Virus record (IMG/VR): IMGVR_UViG_3300025896_000021
Source: a virus
Taxonomy: Duplodnaviria > Heunggongvirae > Uroviricota > Caudoviricetes
Strand: one strand, 5' to 3'
DNA length: 64,000 nt
The notes below the pieces were generated by a model. That model was not told the DNA's origin. It saw only the letters and a program-made list of their open reading frames with translations, and searched no databases. Shown one piece after another: positions 27,833 to 39,040 of the stretch. The translations under genes and the position numbers were made by a program. The number at the start of each line of letters is the position of its first letter. Position 1 is the stretch's first letter.

Positions 27833-30147
27833 TGGATTTCAGAAAACTACTCCAATCAATGAACACTCTTTCCGAGGCTACTAAAGAGACTCCGACAGGA
27901 AAGATTCACACTGCTGATCCAGGTGGCTATGGTCGTAAAGACGACGAAGATGCTGATGGTAACCCGGTTAAGCAAGCACCACCTGCTGTTAAGCGTGGTA
28001 AAGGTCGTCCTCCAAAAGCAGGCCCAGCTGATAGCAAACCTGATTGGTCTGCATTTGGCGCCAGTGGTAAAGATGTTAAGTTACCTAAGTGGGATAAAAA
28101 GAAAACAATCAAGCACAGCTTAAAAGACTGGATTGAAAGTGCCGGAGTTGATATGCTAGCTGAGGGTCGTGTAAAACAACTTCAGATGGATTTGCGTGAA
28201 TTGACTGACCAGGAATTTCAAGCTACTTACAAGATGACTAAAGCTGAAGCACGTGCTGGTTTAGCTGATAAGAAGCCTGTGTCTGAAGAAGGTGGAATCA
28301 CTATCAAGCCAATGCCCGGTGCATCACAAATCATGGGTGCTGACAACAAACCAATTGGTACTGCTGATGCAGCAACTGCTAACACAATCAAACAAGCAGC
28401 CGAAAAAGGTACGTTGAACTTAGCGGGTGATGACGAGCAAGGTCAACAGATGAATGAAAAGTGGGATACCAAAATGGATACCCCTGCATCTGAAAAAGGT
28501 AAGTATGCTGGTAAGAGCAAGAGCGAATTGCTTAAGGCTTACAATCACTTGAAGTCTACTGGCCCTCATCAAGAAGGCAGCAAGCCATACAGCAACATGA
28601 AAGAACTAGCATTTGCTATTCGTGCTAAAGGTAAGTTTGGTAAAGTACAAGATCAAGAAGCAGTATCTGAAGCAAAAGATTTACCAGGTAAGCAAGAAAA
28701 ATTAGATGTTGCTCCACCAAAAGGTAAATTGACTGGTGCAGATTTCAAAGCATTAGCTAAGAAGAAAGTTAAAGAAAGTTTAAGTTTCACTGAAATGATG
28801 CAAGAAGCTGGTACTGACGTGAATGATATGATGTCAGAATTGCAAAAAGATATTGACACATATACTAAGACTGGACATTGCAGTGATAAGTTAGAAGCAT
28901 TTCTAAAAATTCATGGTCATTCAAAAAAGAAAATGGCTGATGAAGGTTTAGGCGGTGGCATTGGCGGCGCAGTATTAGGTGGTGCGTTAGGCGGCCCACT
29001 AGGAGCTATCGGTGGCGGTTTAGCAGGTAATGCAATTACCGATGAAGGTTCTAAAGAAGACTTCACTACTCACGGCATGGACAGCAAGCCATCAAGATTC
29101 AACATGGTTGATGCTAATCCTAAGCCAACATCATGGAAAGTAGATCCAATTCAAGCAACAACTGACCGAGCTATTGACGCTGGGGCAAAAGCAGGTAGTT
29201 TCCTTAGAAACTTAGTCGCACCAAAGAAAACATTTGAAAGCAAAGATATGAAAGACGTACAACTAGAGAGCTGGGAAAAAGAATTAAATTCATTATTGTC
29301 TGAGGGTTTCACTGTAACAAGTAGCCAAGGTCAACAAGGTACACCTGATTCAGTTAGCATCAATGCTACTGATTCTGACGCAGCAGAACTAATGGCTCTA
29401 GTAAAACAAGCTGGTTTAGGTATCTTTGGTGGCGGGGGCGAGCAAGCAACTAGTGCATACGGTGCACCAATGAGCGGCGATGAAGGTGGCAGTGGTAATG
29501 ATCCTCAAGCAAGTCCTTCAGTAGTCGGCGACGGTGATGATATGATGGCATTGATTAAGAAAATGTCTGGAATCCAAAGTGCTCCGCCTACTGGTGGTTT
29601 TGCTGATCAAGGTGGCGAGCAAGAAGAACATGGTCAAGATGGTCCAGAAGGAACATTGACCCCTGACTACGAAGAAGAAGACGGTGTTGCAGATGGTCAA
29701 GGCGAAGGCGAAGAAGAAACTACTGACGAAGGCAATGCTTTTGGTGGTGCAGTTGCTAAAGCTAAGTCTGATAACATCCCTGACGCAGGTCAGAAAATCA
29801 AAGTCGGTGGACAAGAGTACCCAGTTAAAGAACAAGGTCAAGTACCTCAGATGGGCGAAGAAGAACACATGCACGAAGAAGGTGGTTCATGTAACGAATG
29901 CGGTATGTTTGAAGCACGTTGCGTTTGTTCAACTGATGGTAAAGAACAAGTAGAAGAATATGCAAATGATGCAGGTAACGAACAAATGGCTCACTTGAAG
30001 CATATGCTAGGTCAAGGTAATGATTTGCACCGTGAAAAACATAGCCAAGCAGTCGGTAATCCAACTAAAGTTACATTTGAAACTAAGTTGTTAAAGGATT
30101 CTAGCAACTTGCTAGTAGACTGGAAAAAGTTAAGCGGAATAAAATAA
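27832..30147 (+). CDS. 771-aa low-complexity acidic/basic mosaic; putative internal head polyprotein
   Basis: Many hydrophobic-X-E sites separating short charge-biased segments; one glycine zipper. Confidence 0.5.
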   Translation: MDFRKLLQSMNTLSEATKETPTGKIHTADPGGYGRKDDEDADGNPVKQAPPAVKRGKGRPPKAGPADSKPDWSAFGASGKDVKLPKWDKKKTIKHSLKDWIESAGVDMLAEGRVKQLQMDLRELTDQEFQATYKMTKAEARAGLADKKPVSEEGGITIKPMPGASQIMGADNKPIGTADAATANTIKQAAEKGTLNLAGDDEQGQQMNEKWDTKMDTPASEKGKYAGKSKSELLKAYNHLKSTGPHQEGSKPYSNMKELAFAIRAKGKFGKVQDQEAVSEAKDLPGKQEKLDVAPPKGKLTGADFKALAKKKVKESLSFTEMMQEAGTDVNDMMSELQKDIDTYTKTGHCSDKLEAFLKIHGHSKKKMADEGLGGGIGGAVLGGALGGPLGAIGGGLAGNAITDEGSKEDFTTHGMDSKPSRFNMVDANPKPTSWKVDPIQATTDRAIDAGAKAGSFLRNLVAPKKTFESKDMKDVQLESWEKELNSLLSEGFTVTSSQGQQGTPDSVSINATDSDAAELMALVKQAGLGIFGGGGEQATSAYGAPMSGDEGGSGNDPQASPSVVGDGDDMMALIKKMSGIQSAPPTGGFADQGGEQEEHGQDGPEGTLTPDYEEEDGVADGQGEGEEETTDEGNAFGGAVAKAKSDNIPDAGQKIKVGGQEYPVKEQGQVPQMGEEEHMHEEGGSCNECGMFEARCVCSTDGKEQVEEYANDAGNEQMAHLKHMLGQGNDLHREKHSQAVGNPTKVTFETKLLKDSSNLLVDWKKLSGIK

Positions 30148-30163
30148 TAAAATCCGTATTTTT

Positions 30164-30192
30164 AATAGCCCGGTTCGCTGGGCTATTTTTTT
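30164..30192 (+). terminator. Rho-independent terminator
   Basis: aatagccc-ggttcgct-gggctattttttt. Confidence 0.85.
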
Positions 30193-30244
30193 GGGCAAGT
30201 GTTTATCTGAAAACGATAAATACTAAACAAGGTGTAATTAGAAC

Positions 30245-33200
30245 ATGACACAACAAATTATTGATTTTGGGGCATTCCCCAACGACCCGGCAGCTGACGG
30301 TATTAGAGATGCCTTTGGTAAGGTACAAAATAACTTCACTGACTTATACTCAGCGACTCTTAACACAGGTGTACAAACTGTAACAGCTGGTGTAGGGCTT
30401 GCGCAAAATAGAACTACTGGTAATGTAATTCTGACTGCTAACATATCGAATGTAACCATTCAAACTACTTCGGGGCTATTAGTCGGAGTGGGGGCAGCAA
30501 CTGGAACATCAGCAACTATCAATAGTTATAATACTCCGTTTGTGATCGGTTTAGGCACAGACATATCTGTATCTAATGTTTCTGCAACGAATATTATAGG
30601 AACATTAAAGACTGGTGCTCAACCAAACATTACTACAATTGGTACATTGTCTAGTTTGACAGTAACAGGTAACATAACTGCCGCTGCATTTATCGGTAAT
30701 ATATCAGGTAACTTGTCTGGAACCTTTGTTAGTCCGGGCGCCAACACACAACTTATCTTTAACAACAGGGGTAACTTGGGTGCAGCAACAAACTTAACTT
30801 ATACTGGTACAACACTATCATTGACTGGTGCTTTTACTGTCGCTGGTAATGTTACTGCACGAAATGTTGACGGTGGTAATACTGTCAGTGCTAACTATTT
30901 CGTCGGTACCTTCTTAGGACCTGCTGCTAATTCAGCAACAGTGTCAGCTAACGCACAGCCTAACATTACATCGGTCGGTACACTATCTGCCCTACAAGTT
31001 TCTGGTAATTTAAGTGCACCAAGTATAACTGGTAACGTAACTGGTAACTTAGTTGGAACTGTGACTGGTAACTTAGTTGGAACTGCTGCAAACTCAGTCA
31101 CTGTCACTGCTAGCTCACAACCTAACATCACTAGTCTAGGTAATCTATTATTACTTAACGTTACTGGTAATGCTAACATTGGTAACATCAATGCTACTAC
31201 TATTACTGGTGCATTAGTATCTAGCAGTCAACCTAATATTAGATCAGTTGGTATTTTAGCTGGATTAGCTGTCACTGGTAATATGACTGGTGGAAATATT
31301 TCACTGACCGGTAATTTGACTGCTGCTAATATGATAGTTGGTATCTTTAGTGCTACTACAATTACAGGTAATGTCTCTGGAAATGTAACTGGCAATATCT
31401 CTGGTAACTTGTCTGGAACAATGACCGGTAACGTATCTGGAAATCTATCAGGTAATGTGTCTGGTAACATCTCAGGCAATATCACTGGTAATATTGGCAT
31501 CCCTGGATCTAACACATATGTTGTTTTCAACGACGGCGGAAACGCTAACACACATTCAGGATTGGCATATAACAGGTCAACTAGTCTATTATCTATCACT
31601 GGTAACGTATCAAGCGGTAACTTAACATCAACTGGTATTATGGTCGCTACCGGTAACGTAGCTGGTGGAAACTTAACAACTGCTGGAGTAGTATCTGCTA
31701 CTGGTACTGTTACTGGTGGAAATATAACTACTAATGGTTTGTTGTCTGTTGCAGGTAACGCAAGCATTGGTAATATTACCGCAGTAAACTCTATTAATGG
31801 TAATGTAGTTACTGTGTCCGGTAATGTATCTGGAGCTAATTTAGTTGCAAGTGGAATATTAAGTGTCGTTGGTACTGCTGATGTAGGTAACTTATCAACT
31901 GCGGGAGACATTGACGCTGCAGGCAATGTTACTAGTAATACAATAACCGTAAACACGCTCACTACACTAACATTAGTGTCAACTGGAAACATCTCCGGTG
32001 CAAACATTACTACTGGTGGCATCTTACGTGTAACGGGTAATGCTACTTCAGGAAATCTAAGTACAGGCATAATTGTTGCAACGGGTAACATCACCGGTAA
32101 CGCTAGTACAAATATTACTATTGGTGGCAATTTCGTAACTACCGGAAGTGCTAACGTTGCTACAATTAGAGCTAGTGCTAATGCTAACATAGCTGGTGTT
32201 GCTAACGTAGGTAGCTTAGTAACAGCGGGAACTATTACTGCAACTGGAAATATTAATGCAAATGCAGCTACTATCAATGCTAATAACTTAAAAATTACTA
32301 GCACAATCACTAGTGGCAATTTAGCGACATCTGGCACCTTGTCAGTTACTGGAAATGCTACGGTTGGCAATGTCTCTGCGACTACTTTATCAGGTACTAC
32401 ATTTAGTGCTACCGGTAATGTTTCTGGTGCTAATTTATCAGCTAGTGGCGAATTGAGTGTTACTGGAAATGCGACAACAGGTAATATTGGTACAATGCAC
32501 GTTACTGCATCAGGTAACTTGTATGCGAGTGAAGGCACAATGTTTGCTAACATTGCAAACGCTAACACAATCAACACGGGTAATCTAGCAACCACTGGTA
32601 ACTTGTATGCTAATGCCGGTTTAATACGAGCATTGAATTCTAACATCACCGGTACTTTGTCGTCATTACATCTTAACGCAACTGGTAATGCTAGCTTTAG
32701 TGGTACTTCTTTTAATGTCACTGCTGCTGCAACATTGAGTGAAGTCTCATCAGGTAATATCACTTCTAGTGGAAATGTTTCTGCTGAAAACTTAAATGCA
32801 ACAAGCACATTAAGTGGTGGTAACTTAGCAACACCGGGCGCATTGAATGTAGCCGGAACTGGTAACATGGCACACTTAGTGCTACCTACTATAACATTAG
32901 TCGGTACCGGAAACATCACATCAATTGCATATGTAGGCACTCGCATTCGTGTTACTACAGTCAATCCTCACGGTATGGGGGTTGTAGGTGCGCAAGTAAC
33001 AATTACTAGCACAACTGCTACTAGTAATGCACCTAATGGTACTTACACTGTCAGTGCTATTATTGATACTGTTAAGTTTGAATATATCGCTGCTACTGCA
33101 CCAACTAACACCCCATCGGGAACTGTTGGAGTAGGATCGACAACTACTATCGTTATCAAACCTATTTTATCTAGTTCGGGATCAGGTGCATTTGGTGGAG

Positions 33201-35422
33201 GTCTTAGTGTAACAGGAAATGCAAGTGTAGGTAATGTGGGCACAACTCACTTAGTTGCTTCTGGTAATATTAGTGCTTCTGGTACATTGTCGGCTGTTGT
33301 AGCTAACTTGAGCACAGTTAATACAGGTAATTTAGCAACTACAGGTAGCTTATATGCTAATTCTGGTTTATTACAAGCATTGAATTCTAGTATCACAGGT
33401 GGATTAGCAACTGCAAACTTCTCAGCTAGCGGTGATGCAGCATTTACTGGATCATTGGTTACAATGATTAGTGCTAACCTAAGTGGTAATATTGATAGTG
33501 TAACACACATTACCGCCGGTGGCAATATCGTTACCAGCACAGGATTAATCTCGTCACTGAATAGTAATGTTACTGGAACATTAAACGCTGCTACTGCAAA
33601 TATTGGTGCTAACTTAAAAGTGGTCGGTACGTCTACTCACGGTAATTTATCTTCACTCGGTAATCTGAACGTAACAGGTAATGCTAACGTAGGTAACATT
33701 GGCATGGTAACGATTGTAGCTACTGGTAATGCTAACATATCCGGTGCGATGAAAGTTAATGGCATAGCTAACGTAGGTAATTTATCATTCCCGGCTGCAT
33801 CAACTATTGCAATAACTAGCATTACTTACGCATCAGTTACTGTTACCGTGACAACTACTGCTGCTCATAAATTAGCAATAGGTAATGAAATTGTAATTGC
33901 ATTATCGACTGCAACCGCAAACGCACCAAATGGTGTATTCTTAGTTGCAACAGTACCTTCAGCTACTACGTTGACGTTTGTTGTTCCTGCAGCTCCGACA
34001 GGTACTATTGGATTTGCTTCGGCCACTATGACAGTACGCCCATTGATTACGAGTGCAGGCTCTGGATTGTTTGATGGTAGATTGAAGGTTGGCGGAAATA
34101 CTGATATTTTAGGTAGTTTGAATAGTGTTACTCATATTTTTGCGTCTGGTAATATTAACGCAGAAGGTACATTAAATGTAAAGAACATTACTGCAAACAC
34201 ACTGTTCACGTTTACCGGTACTAGTGCTAACGTAGCCAACGTTGTACTGGCAGACGGCACTATTACTACAGTGGGCGCAGCTAACTTTGGCGGAAGACTT
34301 GACGCCACAGAAGCTAACTTCTCTGGTAACTTGGGTGCACCTCACGTATTCATTAGTGGTAATGTTGAAGCAGGTGTATTGAAATCTTCTGGTCTTATGT
34401 TTGCTACTGGTAACGTGACTGGTGGAAACTTAGTAACTAACGGGTTACTAACAGTCGCAGGAAATGCAAGTGTAGGTAACATTACTGCAAAAACACTATC
34501 AGGTAATGTAGTTACTGTGTCCGGTAACGTATCTGGAGCTAATTTAGTTGCTAGCGGAGTACTATCAGTCGTTGGTAATGCTAACGTAGGTAACATTGGT
34601 GCTGTTGCTGGTGTATTCACTGGTAACGTGTCAGTGCTCAATCTAACTGCAACTACATTGTCGGGTAACTTCAGTGGTAATGGTTCATCACTTACGAATA
34701 TTACCGGTGCGAACATTACAGGTACTGTTGCAAACGCTAACTACTCTGCCAACTCTAATTATTCAACTAGCGCAAACTTAGCAGCTTATGCGACATTAGC
34801 ATATGCAATAGCTGGTGGTAACGTTTCCGGCAACGTAAACGCTGCATTAGAAGCATATAGTGTCGGCGGCGGTAATGTAGTAGGTAATGTAGGAGCAGCA
34901 TTGACCGCATATGCAGTATCAGGTGCTAATGTAAGTGGTACTGTAGCTACAGCAACATCTGCTGGCACAGTATCTGGTGCAGCGCAAACAGCCATAACTT
35001 CAGTAGGTACATTAACTTCATTAAGTGTGTCAGGCGCATTTAGTGGTGGAGCTATCAGTGGGTCAACTATTAGTGGCACTAACATAACAACAAGCGGTTT
35101 CTTACTGCATAGTATTGGTACTGGTATTGCAGCGACAGGCACAACCCAAGCAACCGCTGTCATATTAACTAAAACAGTAAACGTTATTAGCGGCGCAACT
35201 GCTAATACAAGCGATGGTATAAAATTGCCAGCTACAGCGGCGGGTGTTAATTGTATTATTATCAACACTACCGCTGCTACAATTAAAGTCTACCCTAACG
35301 ATACTGGAAAGATCGACGGTCTTGCATTGAACGTTGCATTCAGTTTAGGCGCAGGTGCAAAATTGACATTTGTTGCAACTTCAGCAACACAATGGTACTC
35401 GCTAACAGCGGTATACGGATAA
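30245..35422 (+). CDS. 1725-aa repetitive fibre/adhesin-like virion protein
   Basis: Dense GN(I/V/L)(S/T) repeats; two inserted 'TT..(P/A)H....V.I.......PNG.(Y/F).V' domains; baseplate-attachment-like N-terminus; GATAAATA 30215-30222. Confidence 0.75.
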   Translation: MTQQIIDFGAFPNDPAADGIRDAFGKVQNNFTDLYSATLNTGVQTVTAGVGLAQNRTTGNVILTANISNVTIQTTSGLLVGVGAATGTSATINSYNTPFVIGLGTDISVSNVSATNIIGTLKTGAQPNITTIGTLSSLTVTGNITAAAFIGNISGNLSGTFVSPGANTQLIFNNRGNLGAATNLTYTGTTLSLTGAFTVAGNVTARNVDGGNTVSANYFVGTFLGPAANSATVSANAQPNITSVGTLSALQVSGNLSAPSITGNVTGNLVGTVTGNLVGTAANSVTVTASSQPNITSLGNLLLLNVTGNANIGNINATTITGALVSSSQPNIRSVGILAGLAVTGNMTGGNISLTGNLTAANMIVGIFSATTITGNVSGNVTGNISGNLSGTMTGNVSGNLSGNVSGNISGNITGNIGIPGSNTYVVFNDGGNANTHSGLAYNRSTSLLSITGNVSSGNLTSTGIMVATGNVAGGNLTTAGVVSATGTVTGGNITTNGLLSVAGNASIGNITAVNSINGNVVTVSGNVSGANLVASGILSVVGTADVGNLSTAGDIDAAGNVTSNTITVNTLTTLTLVSTGNISGANITTGGILRVTGNATSGNLSTGIIVATGNITGNASTNITIGGNFVTTGSANVATIRASANANIAGVANVGSLVTAGTITATGNINANAATINANNLKITSTITSGNLATSGTLSVTGNATVGNVSATTLSGTTFSATGNVSGANLSASGELSVTGNATTGNIGTMHVTASGNLYASEGTMFANIANANTINTGNLATTGNLYANAGLIRALNSNITGTLSSLHLNATGNASFSGTSFNVTAAATLSEVSSGNITSSGNVSAENLNATSTLSGGNLATPGALNVAGTGNMAHLVLPTITLVGTGNITSIAYVGTRIRVTTVNPHGMGVVGAQVTITSTTATSNAPNGTYTVSAIIDTVKFEYIAATAPTNTPSGTVGVGSTTTIVIKPILSSSGSGAFGGGLSVTGNASVGNVGTTHLVASGNISASGTLSAVVANLSTVNTGNLATTGSLYANSGLLQALNSSITGGLATANFSASGDAAFTGSLVTMISANLSGNIDSVTHITAGGNIVTSTGLISSLNSNVTGTLNAATANIGANLKVVGTSTHGNLSSLGNLNVTGNANVGNIGMVTIVATGNANISGAMKVNGIANVGNLSFPAASTIAITSITYASVTVTVTTTAAHKLAIGNEIVIALSTATANAPNGVFLVATVPSATTLTFVVPAAPTGTIGFASATMTVRPLITSAGSGLFDGRLKVGGNTDILGSLNSVTHIFASGNINAEGTLNVKNITANTLFTFTGTSANVANVVLADGTITTVGAANFGGRLDATEANFSGNLGAPHVFISGNVEAGVLKSSGLMFATGNVTGGNLVTNGLLTVAGNASVGNITAKTLSGNVVTVSGNVSGANLVASGVLSVVGNANVGNIGAVAGVFTGNVSVLNLTATTLSGNFSGNGSSLTNITGANITGTVANANYSANSNYSTSANLAAYATLAYAIAGGNVSGNVNAALEAYSVGGGNVVGNVGAALTAYAVSGANVSGTVATATSAGTVSGAAQTAITSVGTLTSLSVSGAFSGGAISGSTISGTNITTSGFLLHSIGTGIAATGTTQATAVILTKTVNVISGATANTSDGIKLPATAAGVNCIIINTTAATIKVYPNDTGKIDGLALNVAFSLGAGAKLTFVATSATQWYSLTAVYG

Positions 35423-35434
35423 AAAGGAAATATA

Positions 35435-36058
35435 ATGATTACAGTAGAAATTTTACAGGCTCTATGCCCAAAGACAAAATTAAACGTATTACAGACATAC
35501 GCAGAACCTTTGCACGAAGTTGCAGAGTATTATGATATGTATGACAATATGCATCGTGCTGCTGGGTTCTTAGCCCAAGTTGCACATGAATCGGGTGGTT
35601 TTAATTTTGTAAAAGAGAACTTAAATTATAGTGCAAAAGGTTTGATGGGAACATTTAAAAAATACTTTCCTAATGAAGCTCTAGCAAAAGAGTACGAACG
35701 CAAACCTGAAAAGATTGCAAACAAAGTGTATGCTAATCGTATGGCTAATGGTGACGAAGCAAGTGGTGATGGATATCGTTTCTGTGGGCGCGGGTTGATT
35801 CAATTAACTGGTCGTGCAAACTATACAAAATTTGCAGCCGATCTTGGTATCAGTATAGAAGAAACAGTTGCGTACTTGGAAACTCCGGCTGGTGCAGTTA
35901 GTAGTGCAGGCTGGTTCTGGGACAATAATAACTTGAATCAATATTGTGACAGTGATGATTTTGTTACACTAACTAAACGCATTAATGGTGGCACTATTGG
36001 TTTAGAAGACAGAAAGCACCACTATCATATCGCACTAGATTTGTTGCAAGGACATTAA
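35435..36058 (+). CDS. Glycoside hydrolase family 19 (chitinase/lysozyme-class) lysin
   Basis: 'FLAQVAHESGGF..VKENLNYS', 'GRGLIQLTGRANY', 'AGWFW', 'RINGG..GLEDR'. Confidence 0.9.
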   Translation: MITVEILQALCPKTKLNVLQTYAEPLHEVAEYYDMYDNMHRAAGFLAQVAHESGGFNFVKENLNYSAKGLMGTFKKYFPNEALAKEYERKPEKIANKVYANRMANGDEASGDGYRFCGRGLIQLTGRANYTKFAADLGISIEETVAYLETPAGAVSSAGWFWDNNNLNQYCDSDDFVTLTKRINGGTIGLEDRKHHYHIALDLLQGH

Positions 36059-36059
36059 T

Positions 36060-38210
36060 ATGGCACAGCCGGAATGGAAGACTAGTGCAGGAAATTTAGG
36101 TACATATCCTGCAGGCGAATTGTTATCTATACAGATGCAAGCAGTGCCATTGTTCCCTTCAAATCAAGTTTTCTATAAACTCCTATCCGGTATATTACCG
36201 CCCGGTACGGTGCTTGACCAAAATGGACTATTAACTGGCACTCCTAATAACGTGTCAACTGAAACTGTTACCATGTTCACTGTACGTGCAACGGATAACA
36301 TGAATAATATAAGAGATAGAACGTTTTCAATAGTAGTAGCAGGAACAAACGGCCCGAAACTAACTACTCCTAGTGGGCAAATTTTAAGCATCACTGATAG
36401 CGTTTATGTAAATTATGCGCTGCGATTCACTAACAAAATATCCAACAATTTGATTGAAATGAAAGTGTCTTCAGGATCATTACCTCCTGGCTTGTACTTA
36501 TCTACTAGCGGAGTAATTAAGGGGTATCCTGATATGCCTAAGTTACCCGACAATAGTCCTACTAGTAGGACTTATAGCTTTTCAGTACAACTCAAAAGTA
36601 ATTTAGGTAATGATTTGAAGATGTATTCTATTACAGTTCGTAATCAACAAACGAATCAGCCACCCAACATTAGAATACCTGTTATGTTGAATAGGAAACC
36701 ATTGAGTGAACCTATTCTGAATGCAGATCCATATTACGATTACTATCTATTAGATGGTAGAACTATACCTACAATTCGAGCCAATGAATACTTCTCTTTT
36801 AAAATCTTAGGTAATGATTTTGATAAGAACGACATTGTGTATCAATTCGGCGGCATGCCTCCTGGACTAGTAGGTAATTCGACCACCGGTTGGATAACCG
36901 GTATACCTATCATGACTGGTAAAGGTATAAGCCGATACGAAATAAATGTAAGCATTGCTAAAAAGAGAGCTACATCGATTGTATCAAGCCATGAGATATT
37001 CTACCTAACTGTAGCGAATGAGATTACCGAAGACATTACCTGGATAACTACTAGTGATTTGGGCACTATCTTAAATGGTACTTCTAATGCATTGAGTATC
37101 AAAGCAACCTCCACCTTACCATTACAATATCGAATTATATCAGGTGAGCTGCCACACAATTTAGAACTAGATTCGATCGGTGAGATAATCGGCAAAGTAG
37201 CCGAACAACCATTAGATAGAGTACTAGCTGAGGGTGAAGTAACTAAGTATAATTTTATAGTAGAAGCATATAGTCCTAATTATCCTGTGTTTAAAAAGCA
37301 GAAAGAATTTACATTGCAAGTTGAGCAATATTACGCAACTCCCTTCGAATCTATTTACTTGAAGGCTGCTCCCAGCATTGCTGGTAAAAAACTAATTAAA
37401 AATCTACTAACAGATGACTCTCTGATACCAGAAGAATACATATACAGACCGGATGACTTGTACTATGGTAAAGCGACTGATATTAAAATCGTACACGCTT
37501 ACGGAGTAAAAGTAAGTACGTTACCTGAATATATTGCAGCCGTTCAGCAGAATCACTATTGGAGAAGAATAACATTAGGTCAGATAGAAACGGCAATAGC
37601 AACAGATAACAACGGGCATGTATTATATGAAGTGGTATATTGTAGAATCGTAGATGAGTTGACTAATCTCGATGGAGTTAGTATTAGTGGGGAAATTGAA
37701 TGGGATAGAGATATTAACTTGCGTCTAAATGCATATACGATTAACAATTCAAACATTACAGTCAATACTAGCTTGCTATCTAATAGTAGTCCCGGTAAAG
37801 TTAAATATTTGTATCCAGCTAGTTTAGAGAATATGCGCAATGAAGTCACTAGTGTATTAACTCAAAACACTGATAGTAGACTATTGCCAAAATGGATGAC
37901 TACGCAACAAGCAAATAGCAATACCTTAGGATTTGTTCAGGCTTGGGTTATTTGTTATACTAAGCCTGGTAAAGCAGCGTTAGTAAAGGATTTGATTGAC
38001 ACTCAGTGGCCACATAAATTAAACGAGATTGACTTTACCGTTGACAGATATCATGTAGACAAAAGCTCTACTTATAATTGGAACACGAATTTAGCCGTGC
38101 CCGCTTGGACTGGATTACCTAGTTCTACACCGGTACCTGACCCAATTGACAAGTATGATTTTAGTGTAATTTTTCCTAGAAAAACTATTTTACCTAAAGA
38201 TATACAGTAA
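36060..38210 (+). CDS. Virion protein with several putative-Ig (cadherin-like) repeats
   Basis: Repeated 'SG.LPPG..L...G.I.G.P' units; N-terminal 'W.T.AG.LG'. Confidence 0.7.
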   Translation: MAQPEWKTSAGNLGTYPAGELLSIQMQAVPLFPSNQVFYKLLSGILPPGTVLDQNGLLTGTPNNVSTETVTMFTVRATDNMNNIRDRTFSIVVAGTNGPKLTTPSGQILSITDSVYVNYALRFTNKISNNLIEMKVSSGSLPPGLYLSTSGVIKGYPDMPKLPDNSPTSRTYSFSVQLKSNLGNDLKMYSITVRNQQTNQPPNIRIPVMLNRKPLSEPILNADPYYDYYLLDGRTIPTIRANEYFSFKILGNDFDKNDIVYQFGGMPPGLVGNSTTGWITGIPIMTGKGISRYEINVSIAKKRATSIVSSHEIFYLTVANEITEDITWITTSDLGTILNGTSNALSIKATSTLPLQYRIISGELPHNLELDSIGEIIGKVAEQPLDRVLAEGEVTKYNFIVEAYSPNYPVFKKQKEFTLQVEQYYATPFESIYLKAAPSIAGKKLIKNLLTDDSLIPEEYIYRPDDLYYGKATDIKIVHAYGVKVSTLPEYIAAVQQNHYWRRITLGQIETAIATDNNGHVLYEVVYCRIVDELTNLDGVSISGEIEWDRDINLRLNAYTINNSNITVNTSLLSNSSPGKVKYLYPASLENMRNEVTSVLTQNTDSRLLPKWMTTQQANSNTLGFVQAWVICYTKPGKAALVKDLIDTQWPHKLNEIDFTVDRYHVDKSSTYNWNTNLAVPAWTGLPSSTPVPDPIDKYDFSVIFPRKTILPKDIQ

Positions 38211-38234
38211 TAAATACAATACGGAATAACAAAT

Positions 38235-39038
38235 ATGAGCGCAATCAACACAAACAGTCTTAACGTAAGCTACCCTACCCCTGGAGTCAATAATAGTACT
38301 CAGGGTTTTAGAGATAACTTCACTAACATCAAAACCAATATCGATACTGCAAAAGTAGAGATAACTGACTTACAAAACAAAGTTATTGTTAAGTCTGGGT
38401 TAACTGGTATCACTCTCAATAATGACATGAACGGGACATTGATTAGTAATGCACTAGTCAGAAGTTTTACAGCTACTACTCATAATTTGGGTACTAGTAT
38501 TCCATCTTCATTGTTCATTGATGTAAGTAAAGGTGATGTACAATACGGTACTATTGACAAAGATACTACTATCAGCTTCGGTGGCTGGGGTAAGACCGGT
38601 ACTCAGAGTAATTTAGAACTAAGACTCACTGTAGCGAATGCTAGTGCTACTGTATTCTTCCCTGATAGTACATTTAATGCAGGTGGGATTCTAACCCAAG
38701 GGATGACTACTACTGCACGAATCCTAGAAAATTACGGTTCAAATGGTTATCCAGATATCAACACCACGTACTCTAATCAAGTGACCGCGCCTGCAGGAGT
38801 AGGTGAATTACAGTATAAACTTGCTACTATCAATTGTGGCACAACACTTGATATCTACCCATTGAACAGAAATCAAGTTGCTAGTAGAATTGATTTACGT
38901 CAGCCAGCCGGCCGTGGGGCCCCCGGTGACAGCGCCGGTGGTATTTGCACAGACGGCGCGAATCTGTATGTATGTGTCGGAAGCTACGATGGCAGTTCAT
39001 ACATTTGGGGCTATGTAGCACTTTACGCGGCGCCTTAA
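38235..39038 (+). CDS. Virion structural protein
   Basis: AATAAATA 38209-38216; 'YP.PGVNNSTQGFRDNF' N-terminus; fibre-like C-terminus. Confidence 0.55.
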   Translation: MSAINTNSLNVSYPTPGVNNSTQGFRDNFTNIKTNIDTAKVEITDLQNKVIVKSGLTGITLNNDMNGTLISNALVRSFTATTHNLGTSIPSSLFIDVSKGDVQYGTIDKDTTISFGGWGKTGTQSNLELRLTVANASATVFFPDSTFNAGGILTQGMTTTARILENYGSNGYPDINTTYSNQVTAPAGVGELQYKLATINCGTTLDIYPLNRNQVASRIDLRQPAGRGAPGDSAGGICTDGANLYVCVGSYDGSSYIWGYVALYAAP

Positions 39039-39040
39039 TT

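Noticed and set aside
31228-32964. 578-aa minus-strand ORF and other long antisense ORFs over the GN-repeat gene
   Set aside because: Shadow frames: the Gly/Asn/Thr/Ala codon bias of the real gene leaves few antisense stops; there is no RBS or promoter, and the product is a monotonous V/L/P/A mirror
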